Virus record (IMG/VR): IMGVR_UViG_3300006737_000017
Coordinates: 64,001 to 128,000 of that record
Reading direction: 5' to 3' (one strand)
Origin: a virus
Length of the DNA: 64,000 nucleotides
The number at the start of each line of letters is the position of its first letter. Position 1 is the stretch's first letter. The position numbers and the translations under genes are program-made. Shown piece by piece: positions 27,425-38,900 of this stretch. The notes under the pieces were generated by a model. It was not told the DNA's origin and did no database searches. It was given only the letters and a program-made list of their open reading frames with translations.

Positions 27425-29251
27425 ATGTCAGAAATTTTCAAAACATTCAAAGGTGGTGAAAAAAAGATTACGCCAACCGTTACCCATAAAGAATGGGAAG
27501 TAGATAAAGAAAACTCTGCAAGCTTAGGTGTTGAATATTTTCAAGGGTTAGCTTATGATCACAAAGCAGCACAAACTGGAAGTTACCAATTCAATACGTC
27601 AGACCCTCATTTCGGCGGCACAGTCAGTAATGCAATAACTACACATAGAGGTAGAGAATATTATTCATACGGAATTCATAAAAGTATAGACCATTTGTAC
27701 TATGGTTTGAATGACAATCCCTATGACTCTTTTTGTAACGATGAACCTCATAAAATGGCAAAGGAATTAGATGGAATAGTTTTTGTTTTATCTATACCGT
27801 CTTCTATATATGGAGAAGAAATAAAACCTGGTAGTTTAATAATAAGCAGATCGTCTTACGTTTTAACAGATGATGGCAAAGGTAATTTAAGAGATTTATT
27901 AGATACTACTGGTTCAACTGCATCAACTACTTTATCTTCATCTTTGTTATACGCACCCTTTACTGATTACTGGAGACACACTGGAGAATGGTTTAGCCCT
28001 GGCGGTCCAAGATTCGTAGCAACAAGTTCTACTTTTATTGAAGCAGCTGGAGACTATGAAGCTTGTGCATATAATGTAAAATGGTACGGAGATCCAGCTC
28101 ATATTAATGGAGCAACAAGAGGACATGTAACTTTTCATGGTTCTCATAGTTTACAAGAAAGCAATTCTATAGATAACCCTTCTGATAGTTCTTTTGTTAG
28201 AATAAAAGGAACGAAAGATTTAGATTTAGAATCTGACTTTGCAATTTCATTATGGGTCAAATGTCCAGAATCTCAATCTGTTTCCGAAAGTTATTCTGGC
28301 CCTTGGGATTATGAAAATGGAACCAATTCTAGAATTACAAGAACGCTAAGAACTGGTAGGCAAAGAAATACCATATTAACAACTAGAGAATGGTGGGGAA
28401 ATAATTGTCCTATATCTTTAGAAATAATAAACAGTCTATCTGCAGACAAGGGTAAATTAAGAGTTACATATAAATCTAAAACCGAAGGTTGGATTAACAA
28501 TCTTACTTCAACTAATACCTTTAATGATTCAGAATGGCACCACATCTTACTAACCGTTGGAGGTGGAACTTGTTATTTAATTGTAGATGGTAATACAGAA
28601 GCAAGTGGCGATTACATACCTTCTCACCTTAATACAAGATGGCCAGTAGATATGCATCTGGGAGCAAGACCTTATAATTACAAACAAAGATATAGAAATC
28701 AACAATATCAAAAGTGGTTTAATCAAAAAGATCAAAAAAATTACATAGATCCTTTTTCTGGGTCAATATCTTCAGTAAGATTATACGATGAATTTATAAA
28801 CCCTAGTAATACTAACTTGATTAATTGTATTAGTGCTAGCGTTAACCAAGACAATTACGTTGGAAATGTTTTCTATGAACATGGTATAGCAACCATAACT
28901 ACGCCAAACAATACAGATGGCGTAAGTTATCAAGTTAACTGGGGTAATGATGCAACAGAAAAGATAACTTTCAAAGGTACACATAAAATAAAAGAACATC
29001 TTTATATTTGCAATATATTAGATGGAGAATTTAATGCAACGTATAATCCAACTGCAAGAGAAAAGTTTGATGCAAGAAATGATAACTTACAAGCATATAC
29101 TACTCATTCAGAATTTAACCCTTATATCACAACTATAGGTTTGTATAATGATAGTCACGAATTAGTAGCAGTTGGAAAATTAGCTCAACCTATAAAAAAT
29201 CAAGATGATTATGATAACACTTTTCAAATAAGATTTGATACAACAATATAA
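27425..29251 (+). CDS. structural protein with LamG domain (C-terminus paralogous to the previous gene)
   Basis: FAISLWVK, WHHILLT, FSGSISSVRLYD; ends YITTIGLYNDSHELVAVGKLAQPIKN. Confidence 0.7.
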   Translation: MSEIFKTFKGGEKKITPTVTHKEWEVDKENSASLGVEYFQGLAYDHKAAQTGSYQFNTSDPHFGGTVSNAITTHRGREYYSYGIHKSIDHLYYGLNDNPYDSFCNDEPHKMAKELDGIVFVLSIPSSIYGEEIKPGSLIISRSSYVLTDDGKGNLRDLLDTTGSTASTTLSSSLLYAPFTDYWRHTGEWFSPGGPRFVATSSTFIEAAGDYEACAYNVKWYGDPAHINGATRGHVTFHGSHSLQESNSIDNPSDSSFVRIKGTKDLDLESDFAISLWVKCPESQSVSESYSGPWDYENGTNSRITRTLRTGRQRNTILTTREWWGNNCPISLEIINSLSADKGKLRVTYKSKTEGWINNLTSTNTFNDSEWHHILLTVGGGTCYLIVDGNTEASGDYIPSHLNTRWPVDMHLGARPYNYKQRYRNQQYQKWFNQKDQKNYIDPFSGSISSVRLYDEFINPSNTNLINCISASVNQDNYVGNVFYEHGIATITTPNNTDGVSYQVNWGNDATEKITFKGTHKIKEHLYICNILDGEFNATYNPTAREKFDARNDNLQAYTTHSEFNPYITTIGLYNDSHELVAVGKLAQPIKNQDDYDNTFQIRFDTTI

Positions 29252-29252
29252 A

Positions 29253-29690
29253 ATGAGTCATTGGTTATATAAAAATAAAATTCTAGAAGAAGCGCCTGAA
29301 GGCGTATTTGGTTTTGTTTATTTAATTACAAACGATAAAACTGGTAAAATGTATATTGGTAGAAAATACTTTGGCAAAACTAGAAGAGTTAAAAAGAAAG
29401 GAAGTAAAAGAAGAAAAGTCATAAGAAAGGATTCAGATTGGAGAACTTATATAGGCAGTTCCAAAACTTTACAAGAAAGCATTCAAAAAAATAAAAAACA
29501 ATTTAATTTCAAGATATTAGCTTTTGGTAAAACGAAAGGTCAAGTTAATTATATAGAAGAAAATTTACATCATAAATTTCATGTAGCAAACTCAAGCAAG
29601 TTCTATAATGATTGCATAGGACCAAGAAGATTTGCAAGAGTAAATCTAGACAAAGAAACTATAAACGTTATAAATAAAATTGCGTTATAA
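29253..29690 (+). CDS. GIY-YIG family nuclease-like protein
   Basis: FGFVYLITNDKTGKMYIGRK and WRTYIGSS. The MSHW start (29253) is preferred to 29235. Confidence 0.75.
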   Translation: MSHWLYKNKILEEAPEGVFGFVYLITNDKTGKMYIGRKYFGKTRRVKKKGSKRRKVIRKDSDWRTYIGSSKTLQESIQKNKKQFNFKILAFGKTKGQVNYIEENLHHKFHVANSSKFYNDCIGPRRFARVNLDKETINVINKIAL

Positions 29691-29720
29691 TTTGGATAAG
29701 TCCAAAAAATTTATTATATT
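29691..29720 (+). promoter_or_regulatory. early-type promoter motif, copy 8
   Basis: TTTGGATAAGTC-N11-TTATATT ending 7 nt before the primase ATG. Confidence 0.75.
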
Positions 29721-29727
29721 GTAGTAA

Positions 29728-30648
29728 ATGAAAAAATCAAGATTAAAGAGGTTACTAGCAGCTCTACTAGGTAGAGGCTCTGAAAAGAATAAAGGCGATG
29801 TTTGGCACAAATGCCCTTTTTGTAAACACCCAAAAAATAAACTTAGCGTAAACTTAATAAGTGAAAAATGGCACTGCTGGCATTGTAATGCTAAAGGTAG
29901 AAAATTATTTGTACTGCTTAAAAAGCTAAATGCTAATTCAAAACAAATAGAAGAATTAAACGATATACTTGGTGAAAGATCTTTTGCAATTGTAAATAAA
30001 AAAAGAGACGATTATGTTTCCTTGCCATTAGAATTTATTCCTCTATTAAATGGTAATATAAATTCTCCTCATTATAAAAATGCAATACATTATTTGAAAG
30101 GTAGAGGATTAAATAAAATAGACATACTTAGACATAATATAGGCTACGCAGAAAATGGTGAATATAATGGTATGATAATAATACCAAGCTATGACGCAGA
30201 CGGCGTAGTTAATTACTTTGTAAGTAGAGCTTTTTATGAAACAAATTATAAACACAAAAACCCTAATGTTTCAAAAGACGTAGTAGGTTTTGATATGTTA
30301 ATAGATTGGAAAAAAGATATAAATTTAGTTGAAGGAGCTTTTGATGCAATAGCAACTGGTGATAATACAATACCTCTATTCGGTAAAATATTACCAGATA
30401 ATCTAAGTAAAAAGATAATAGAAAATAAAGTTAAAAGGATTAATATAATACTAGATTCTGATGCAAAGAAAGCAGCAATAAAACATTCAGAATATTTTAT
30501 GGGTAATGGTATAGATGTACATCTAATAGATTTACCAGGAAAAGATCCAAGTGAATTAGGAAAAGACGTAGTTAATAGATTGATCAGTGAATCAAAGAAA
30601 TTAACTTTCGGTAAGATAATGGAGTATAAAATTAATGCAGCATGTTAA
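29728..30648 (+). CDS. dnaG: DNA primase
   Basis: Zinc finger CPFC...WHCWHC; TOPRIM motifs LVEGAFDA, LDSDA and KDPS. Confidence 0.9.
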   Translation: MKKSRLKRLLAALLGRGSEKNKGDVWHKCPFCKHPKNKLSVNLISEKWHCWHCNAKGRKLFVLLKKLNANSKQIEELNDILGERSFAIVNKKRDDYVSLPLEFIPLLNGNINSPHYKNAIHYLKGRGLNKIDILRHNIGYAENGEYNGMIIIPSYDADGVVNYFVSRAFYETNYKHKNPNVSKDVVGFDMLIDWKKDINLVEGAFDAIATGDNTIPLFGKILPDNLSKKIIENKVKRINIILDSDAKKAAIKHSEYFMGNGIDVHLIDLPGKDPSELGKDVVNRLISESKKLTFGKIMEYKINAAC

Positions 30649-33600
30649 AGTCGATTTTGAAAATGTAAATAAAATTTTACACATTGCAGACGTTCATATA
30701 AGAAATTACCAACGTCACAAAGAATATAGGTCAATATTCAAAGAATTGTATAAAGCTGCAAAGGCTTTACCTAACAATTCTTTGATTTATATTGCGGGAG
30801 ATATAGTACATAACAAAACAGATATATCACCAGAGCTAATAGAGATAACCTCAGAATTTCTAAAGAAACTAGCAGACATAAAACCTACTATACTTATCAA
30901 AGGTAACCATGACACCAATCTAAACAACGATACGAGACTAGATACACTGTCTCCTATAGTTAAGAACTTAAATCATAAAAATTTATTTTACTTAGATAAG
31001 ACCGATGTATACAGAATTGCAGATTGCAACTTTTCTGTATTTGAAATTGCAGATGAGGTAAGCAATTATATTAAAGCAAAAGATATAGATGGAAAAAATA
31101 AAATAGCCTTGTTTCACGGAGCTATAGACTCATCAGCAACTGACGCTGGCTTTAAGGTAGCAAATGAAGAACATAAAATAGATTTATTTGAAGATTACGA
31201 TTTAGTCTTGCTTGGTGATATACACAAAAGACAATTTCTAAATAAAGAAAAAACCATTTGTTATGCTGGTAGTTTGATACAACAAAATTTTGGTGAAGCT
31301 TATGAAAATCATGGCTATATAGTTTGGGATGTTAAAACTAAAAGTTACGAAGAATTTAGTATAAAAAATGAATATGGATATTACACAATCCATATAAAAG
31401 ATGGTATTATAAATCAAGACCTAAGTGATATACCAAAATATCCTAGATTAAGGTTTAAGATTGTAAATACAACTCAAGCACAAATAAAAGAAGTTGTAAA
31501 AGAAATAAGAAAAAAATGCAAAGTTCAAGATGTAATAATAATTAGAGAAGATAAAATAAAAGGTTCATCGGAAAATAAATCTTCTAGAAGAATAACCAAA
31601 GACGTTCGTAATGTAGAGTATCAAAACGAAATGATAGAAGAATACTTGAATAAAAACCACGAAATAGAACCAAGCATATTATCTGAGATAAAGTCTATAA
31701 ATAGAAACTTGAATAATAATTTGTCAGATATAGAAATAGGTAGGGGTATAGATTGGAAACCTGTAAAATTTGAATTTTCAAATATGTTTTCATATGGACC
31801 GGGTAACGTTGTAAACTTTGAAAAGTTAAATGGTTTAATTGGAATATTTGCACAAAATCATATAGGTAAATCTGCTTTATTAGATTCTTTGTCTTTTTGT
31901 TTATTTGATAGATGCAGTAGAGGAAAAAAAGCTGATGACATAATGAATACTCAAAAATCAACTTTTTCTTGTAAGTTGCATTTTAAGATAGAAGAGGTAG
32001 ACTATTATATAGAAAGAACTGCTAAGAGAAGAAGAAATAATACAAAGATTAGAGTTGACGTTGACTTTTGGTATATCGATGAAGGTGGAGAAAGGGTCGA
32101 TTTGAATGGTGAACAAAGAAGAGACACCGACAAAAATATCAGGGGTATAGTTGGAGAATACGAAGATTTTATTTTAACGGCTTTATCTGTACAAGGTAAT
32201 AATACAGGCTTTATAGAAAAAACACAAACAGAAAGAAAAGAGTTGCTTTCTCAATTTTTAGATATAACCGTATTTGAAGAATTATATCAATTAGCAAATG
32301 AAGATATAAAAGAAGTTCAAATACTATTAAAAGATTTTAATAAGACTGATTATGATTCCGAGTTAATAGAAGCAGAAGACCAACTAAAAGATAGTAAAGC
32401 AGAATACAAGCAATCTAGTAAAACTGTTTCTAGAATAAAATCTAATATAAAAGACAAAGACGAAGAGCTTAAAGAATTGTACAAATCTTTGAGAAAAGTT
32501 AAAAAGGATTTAGACATAGTAGACTTAAAGAAGAGAAAAGAAGAACTTGAAGAGGAAGCGGTATTAGACTTAAGTAAACTTAATAAATACAAAGACTATA
32601 CAGAAAAAAATAAAGTTGAGTATAAAAATATTAGTTTAGAACTTTCCAAAATAGATATTGAAAAAGCAAAAGCAAACCAAAAAAACTATTTAGCTGATGA
32701 AAAGGTAATGCAAAAGTTAAATACTAAATTAAAATTGTTAAAGTCTGAAGTTAAAAATGCTAAAGAAAAACTTGATGCAATAGGTACATTCGACCCCAAC
32801 TGTGACTTTTGTAAAAATAATTCTTTTGTAAAAAGTGCAGAAAGAATAAAATTGCAAATAGATCAATGCAAAATTGAATACATAGCTCTAATGAAAGATA
32901 TTTCTAAGTGCAATCAAAAACTAGAATCTTATGGAGAATTTGAAGATTTGATAGATGAGTATGCAAAATTAGAAAAAAAGGTTTCAACTATACAAGTTTA
33001 TCAATCTGAAATAAAAGTTAAGACTGTAACAAGGAAGTCAAATATAAAACGTTGCAAATCTGAAATAAGAGCTATAGATAAAGATATAAAGAAATATTAC
33101 GAAAATGAAGAGGTTATCCTTTTTAATGAAAAAGTCAATAAAGAAATTGCAAAGAAAGAGTTATCTAAAACAAAGTGGGAAGCTGACTTAGAATTAAAGG
33201 AAGAAGACCTAGTTGAAAAACATTCTTCTGTTAGTTTATGGAAAACTAAAATTGAAACTATAAATAATACAATTGAAAAAGCTCATCAATTGGAAATAAA
33301 ATTAAAGTCATATGAATATTACCTAGAAGCAATTCAAAGAGACGGTATACCCTATGAAATAATTTCAGAAGTCCTTCCATATATACAAGACGAAGTTAAC
33401 ACTATACTTTCTCAGATGGTTGACTTTACTATAGAATTTGAAGTAGACGGTAAATCAGTTTTAACCTATATCGTTTACGACAATAAAAAGTGGTCTTTAG
33501 AATTAACTTCTGGTATGGAAAAGTTCATATCTTCTTTAGCAATACGTGTTGCACTAATAAACGTTTCAAATTTACCAAGGCCGAATTTTTTAGCAATAGA

Positions 33601-33778
33601 CGAAGGTTTTGGAACATTAGATTCTGAAAACTTAAGTTCAATGGAAAGCATGTTTAGTTATTTGAAATCGGAGTTTGATTACATAATAATTATTTCTCAT
33701 ATAGAATCTCTAAAAGATGTAACAGATTCTTTAATAGAGATAAATAGGAAAGGCGAATTCTCCAACGTTATTCACTAG
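30635..33778 (+). CDS. fused Mre11/SbcD nuclease - Rad50/SbcC ATPase (gp47-gp46-like)
   Basis: HIADVH, AGDIVH, GNHD, LGDIH phosphoesterase motifs, then Walker A QNHIGKS, coiled coil with CDFC hook, SGME signature and IDEGFG Walker B in one frame. Confidence 0.9.
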   Translation: MQHVKVDFENVNKILHIADVHIRNYQRHKEYRSIFKELYKAAKALPNNSLIYIAGDIVHNKTDISPELIEITSEFLKKLADIKPTILIKGNHDTNLNNDTRLDTLSPIVKNLNHKNLFYLDKTDVYRIADCNFSVFEIADEVSNYIKAKDIDGKNKIALFHGAIDSSATDAGFKVANEEHKIDLFEDYDLVLLGDIHKRQFLNKEKTICYAGSLIQQNFGEAYENHGYIVWDVKTKSYEEFSIKNEYGYYTIHIKDGIINQDLSDIPKYPRLRFKIVNTTQAQIKEVVKEIRKKCKVQDVIIIREDKIKGSSENKSSRRITKDVRNVEYQNEMIEEYLNKNHEIEPSILSEIKSINRNLNNNLSDIEIGRGIDWKPVKFEFSNMFSYGPGNVVNFEKLNGLIGIFAQNHIGKSALLDSLSFCLFDRCSRGKKADDIMNTQKSTFSCKLHFKIEEVDYYIERTAKRRRNNTKIRVDVDFWYIDEGGERVDLNGEQRRDTDKNIRGIVGEYEDFILTALSVQGNNTGFIEKTQTERKELLSQFLDITVFEELYQLANEDIKEVQILLKDFNKTDYDSELIEAEDQLKDSKAEYKQSSKTVSRIKSNIKDKDEELKELYKSLRKVKKDLDIVDLKKRKEELEEEAVLDLSKLNKYKDYTEKNKVEYKNISLELSKIDIEKAKANQKNYLADEKVMQKLNTKLKLLKSEVKNAKEKLDAIGTFDPNCDFCKNNSFVKSAERIKLQIDQCKIEYIALMKDISKCNQKLESYGEFEDLIDEYAKLEKKVSTIQVYQSEIKVKTVTRKSNIKRCKSEIRAIDKDIKKYYENEEVILFNEKVNKEIAKKELSKTKWEADLELKEEDLVEKHSSVSLWKTKIETINNTIEKAHQLEIKLKSYEYYLEAIQRDGIPYEIISEVLPYIQDEVNTILSQMVDFTIEFEVDGKSVLTYIVYDNKKWSLELTSGMEKFISSLAIRVALINVSNLPRPNFLAIDEGFGTLDSENLSSMESMFSYLKSEFDYIIIISHIESLKDVTDSLIEINRKGEFSNVIH

Positions 33779-33835
33779 CTCTATATTTATATATGAAACA
33801 TTAGATAGACTATTGTTGATATATCGGAGAAACTC

Positions 33836-35947
33836 ATGGGACGAAAAAGAAGTTCAAGAAAATATTTGGCTGAGACACCTGTACTTATAGTAGATAATAA
33901 GTACGAATCTCAGTATTTTCAAGTGTCCGATTTTCCAACACAATTACATGCTGGTAAAAATATGTTTAGACTTAGTGGTAACTCTGATTTACTATTAAGA
34001 GGTAGTATAGTAGAAATAGAAATTATGCCAGAAAATGGCGTAGAACCTATATATCACGAAGTAAACAATTACACAGACAATTCTAATAGAAAATTAATAT
34101 CTATATACGTTTATCCAGAAGATTTAACTGGTCTTGCAACTGTTACTATAAGAGGAACAGCGACTAGAAGACCTGGTGGTAGATTTGTAAGAGGTTCTTT
34201 TCAAGGAAGACCTAATGTAAAGTGGTCAAGAGAAATATATGTTGATCCTTCAAAACCTAATACTACACCTATAGTATTTGGTCATCAACCAAGAATAACA
34301 ATAACAGAAAATGTAAAACCTTATTTAAGCGAATCTTTTTCACAAGATTTAGGTTTTAACACTATAACTGATGCACAAGAATCTTCTACATTTACTTACA
34401 CTCATACGCCAGCTCAAACTTACAATAACGTTGGAGCAACAAGAGGCGGAGGAGGACAAGCAGCAAATAGCGGATATTCTTATAGTACACCACCTCAAAC
34501 AACAATTCAATCTAGTAACTTTCAATTTAGTTCTTCAATGATTGGTGGAACTTTAATGTTTCCAGACCCTTCTTCTGGTAACACGCCTGCTTTACCTAAT
34601 GTCACAATTACAGTTCCAGCATTAAAACAAAATGGTCAACCAAACACTAGAGATTACACTTGTTCTATAGTATCTGTTGTAAATACTACTACTTGCATAG
34701 TTGATAAACCCTATTCATTTGAATATAGTTATACTCAACCTGGTACAACTTCAAGAGGTACACCTGCTGTATCTTCTTTCCCTCAATCTATTTATGCAAC
34801 ACACACAGCTACACAAATGGCAGCTACTGCTTACTCTGCAAGTTGGCAAGGTGAACCAACGCTTTATACAGAAAACAATTACAATCTTGTTTCTTATGCA
34901 AATATAGTTATGGGTAACTTAGCACCAATGGCTGGGGATGTATACAGAGTTAAAACTTGTATGAAATCTCATGGTATGCAAACTTGGGATATACTAGCAG
35001 ACGAGATAGTTGAACAAAGAGAATTGCTTGCAAACCCTTCTAACATTTTTAGATTAGAAAGAACTGGTAGATTTATAAACCAAAGTACAATAGATGATTA
35101 TTGGGCAGCAACATCTACTAAAGCAGGAGGATCAACAGAATTAAAAGCAGACTCTGAAGTTTTAATGGAAGGTATGATTATATCTGGATCTAAAGATTTA
35201 GCTAATGAATCTAATCGTAATAATCAATATGTTAGAGTAAGATGTAAAAAACCAGTTGAGGTTTTTAGAAATTGCGAATATCAAGTGTCTTTCAAAGCAA
35301 GAGCCTTTGCAGAAGTAGATGATGGTTCAGATGTAGGAAGAGAATATATGAAAGTGTTTATGTCTGGGTCTGGAGTTGATTATGATCCAATAGGTTCAGC
35401 GGACTTGGGTAGAAGAATGGACAGTAACGAATTAAGAGCTCCTTATGTAGCACCGGTTTCACTAATTGGCAGACCTTATATGGCTGGACCAAGTATACCT
35501 ATGGCACAAGTTGCAAATATACCAAGATCTAGTACGATTGCAACTGCTACATCAACAACTACTTTGTCAATACCAGACTTTACGGAAAACTCTGCACCAG
35601 CTTATGATAGCGACAATGTAGTTTACACTTTTACAGCAGATCACGACGGTTTTGTAGTTCCAGTGTTTGCAGTTCACTTTGGAAAATGGTTAATAAGCGA
35701 AGTTTCAATAAAAGCTATTTCTGAAGATGGCTTTACACCGAATCATACTATAATAGAAGCAAGAGTACCAGAATATCAAGAGGATGATGTATTAGATTTC
35801 AAATTTGAATTTTTCGATTATAACGGAGTAAGAGCAGATTTAATATTAGTATCTGAAAGTATAGATTTTGCAGGTGGAAATACTTATATAAATGGAGAAG
35901 GATTTTTAGGTGAAGGTATAATATTTGACGGACAGATAGGAGCATAA
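33836..35947 (+). CDS. putative virion structural protein
   Basis: 703 aa, Ser/Thr- and beta-rich; TATATTTATA at 33782 upstream. Confidence 0.6.
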   Translation: MGRKRSSRKYLAETPVLIVDNKYESQYFQVSDFPTQLHAGKNMFRLSGNSDLLLRGSIVEIEIMPENGVEPIYHEVNNYTDNSNRKLISIYVYPEDLTGLATVTIRGTATRRPGGRFVRGSFQGRPNVKWSREIYVDPSKPNTTPIVFGHQPRITITENVKPYLSESFSQDLGFNTITDAQESSTFTYTHTPAQTYNNVGATRGGGGQAANSGYSYSTPPQTTIQSSNFQFSSSMIGGTLMFPDPSSGNTPALPNVTITVPALKQNGQPNTRDYTCSIVSVVNTTTCIVDKPYSFEYSYTQPGTTSRGTPAVSSFPQSIYATHTATQMAATAYSASWQGEPTLYTENNYNLVSYANIVMGNLAPMAGDVYRVKTCMKSHGMQTWDILADEIVEQRELLANPSNIFRLERTGRFINQSTIDDYWAATSTKAGGSTELKADSEVLMEGMIISGSKDLANESNRNNQYVRVRCKKPVEVFRNCEYQVSFKARAFAEVDDGSDVGREYMKVFMSGSGVDYDPIGSADLGRRMDSNELRAPYVAPVSLIGRPYMAGPSIPMAQVANIPRSSTIATATSTTTLSIPDFTENSAPAYDSDNVVYTFTADHDGFVVPVFAVHFGKWLISEVSIKAISEDGFTPNHTIIEARVPEYQEDDVLDFKFEFFDYNGVRADLILVSESIDFAGGNTYINGEGFLGEGIIFDGQIGA

Positions 35948-35950
35948 AAA

Positions 35951-38900
35951 ATGGCAAATTTAAGAACATTAAATTATCAAGGATTCAAAGCTGCAAGTTC
36001 TTCTTTAGGAACTTCTGGTTGGATGTTCTGGTCTGGCTCCAAAACCTTAACCGGATCGGGGGGAGCACCGGACACAGATTACGACGGTATAGGTTTAGAA
36101 GCAGTATTACATTCAGAAAGTTATTTTAGATACTCTGCATCTTCTGCTGGTTCAGGTTTAGATATTAGAACCGATACGTTTTTCTTAGGAAGTAGTGATG
36201 CTTTCTTATCTGGTTCTGGAGATGGTAAGATTGCTATATCATCTTCTAATTTCGAATTGTCAAATACTGGTAATGTAACAATGCAAGGGTCTATTACGGC
36301 TACGGCTGGTGGTACACTTGGGGGATGGGTAATAGGAACAGACATTCTATCAGCTTCTGCAGGAACCTTTGAATTAGATTCTGATGGACCTTTTCATATT
36401 TCATCTTCTGGTTTTCAAGTAGATACTGCTGGAGCAATAACAGCAAGTGCTGGAAAAATTGGTGGATGGATAATTTCTGATAAAACTTTAAGTGCACCTA
36501 ATGATAATATAGCTTCAGAAGCTGGTATATTTTTAGAAGCAGATGCCCACCCAAGAATTAGAATAAATCGTACTAGCTCGCCATCTGATAACTATATAAA
36601 TCTATTTTTTAGTGCTGATTCGAATTGGGGAATAGAAGGTAAGGAAGATGGTAATAGAGTATTTGGATTAGGTAACCCTAACAACACTGGAAATACAATT
36701 GCAGGCTGGGCATTTGATAATGCAAAATTAACATCTGGTCCATTAATGATAAATTCTGCTAATGCTTATATATCTTCATCTGCTGGAGATGGTTGGTTAA
36801 TATCTTCATCAGCAGACCCAGCTGACGAAGCAGGCTTTATTTCAAGTTCATTATTTAAGGTAAGATCTTCTGGACAGATGACAGCTTCTGCTGCAAACAT
36901 TGAAGGAAAGATAACTGCTAATGAAGGAGAGATAGCTGGATGGGCAATAGAGACTGGTAAATTGCATTCTGGACCATTAGAATTAAATTCTACAAATGGG
37001 TATATATCTTCCTCTGCTGGTAGCAAATGGATGATATCTTCATCAGCAGAAACTTCTGATCCTACTGGTTTTATAAGCTCATCTCAATTCAAAGTTTCTG
37101 CAGATGGTAGAATGTCAGCATCAGCTGGTAAAATTGCAAGTTGGAATATAAATGGAGACGACCTTGCATCAATTGGAGAACACATAGAACTAAAAGGAGA
37201 TGCATCTCCTGAAATTATAGTAACAGGTCCGAGTAATCAACATAAAGTTAGAATGTACTATACGGATGATGCTAATTATGGTATCCAAGCAAATTCTGGT
37301 TCAGCTACAAAAGTATTCCAATTAGGATCTACTAATCAAATTGCAGGATGGGATTTTACTAATGAAAAGCTGCAAGGTGGAGTAATGATAATTAAAAAAG
37401 ATGGAACCATAGAATCAGATGGTTTTGCATCTAACGTTCCGGGAACTGGTTTTAGATTAACAGCTGCATCGGGAGGTTTCCTTGAAGTAGAAAACGCAAG
37501 AATTAGAGGGACACTTTCAACAGCTGTATTTGAAAAAGAAGCAGTAACTGCAGTAGGAGGTCAATTATATGTTGCAAATTCTACAACATTAACTGGGTCT
37601 GTATTTCCAACAACATTGCAACCTTCCGGGTATACTTCTTCAGAGTATCCTCCTAATGAAACAACAATGTCAGTAGTTAATGTTACTGGTTTTGCAAATG
37701 GTGAAATACTATCAGCAAAGAAAATGAATAGTACAGGTTTTGCAACTGAATATATGAAAGTAATTTCATCTTCTAGATACGGGGATGCAGAAAACGATTT
37801 AACTGGTGCTATATATGTAGAAAGAGGATTAGGTACTTCATTTGCAGGAACATCTGGTTCACTTGGAGATAGTGGTTCATCTGCTCAAAGTTATTCAGGT
37901 TCACAAGTAATAGTTTCTACTGGTAAACTTGGAACTGGTTATATTAGATTAAACGCAAACCCTAATGATCCCTATACACCATACATAGACATAGTAGAAA
38001 GAACGGGTTCTGATGTTTATGATGTAGATCTAAAAGCAAGGCTTGGAGATTTATCTGGTGTTACCGATTCTAAATTTAGCGATGGCGTAAGCGGTTATGG
38101 TTTATATACACAGAATGGATATTTTTCTGGTAAAATAGAAGTAGCAAGTTTACCGGCTTTACCTACTACCACACCATCTTATCATTACGATTTTAACGTA
38201 GGAGCAGGAACAATAGTATATAACACAGTAGGACAAGACTTAAACGATATTAGTGGTTCTATTGTAAACGCAAATGAATGTTGGGTATCTGGAAGTGGAA
38301 ACTTTATAACTGGTGGTACATCTATAAATTTTGAATCTGGTAAAAGTACTCGTATAGAAATAGAAGATAGAGAATGGTATTATCCTGGTGGTTCAACGAC
38401 TCCGCTACACTCTGCAAGTATATCTGTTTGGGTAAAACCTGAAAATGTTGCACATACTCAACCTCAAATAGTATGGGAAGCTGGAGGAGGATCAAATGGA
38501 GACGCTTTATATATTTCAGGTAGCCATATCTGGTGGACAGCTTGGGAGGGCTCTTCAAATAATTATGACACATTAAAAGTTTCTGCATCTATAGAATCTA
38601 GCGTTTGGACTCACGTTGCAGCATCACGATATCATGGTACTGCAAGTATTTATATAAACGGAGTACATCAAGCAACTGAAACAGGCCACCCGGATATAGA
38701 CAGTGGCGGTATAGTTTACTCGGGTTTTAGTGGTATTGGAGCATCTCATAATGATAGTGCAATAATAACTTCTAGCTTTAGACAAACATCAGGAGTTGTT
38801 TCTGGTGATGGGATATACTGTTATACTGGATCTATCGATGAGCTTAGAGTTTTTGGCCATTACAAATTAACAGACAATGAAATCTCTGCTTTATACCAAT

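Noticed and set aside
29253-29690. GIY-YIG gene as part of a group I intron
   Set aside because: Flanking genes appear intact with their own stop and start, and there is no non-coding room for an intron core.
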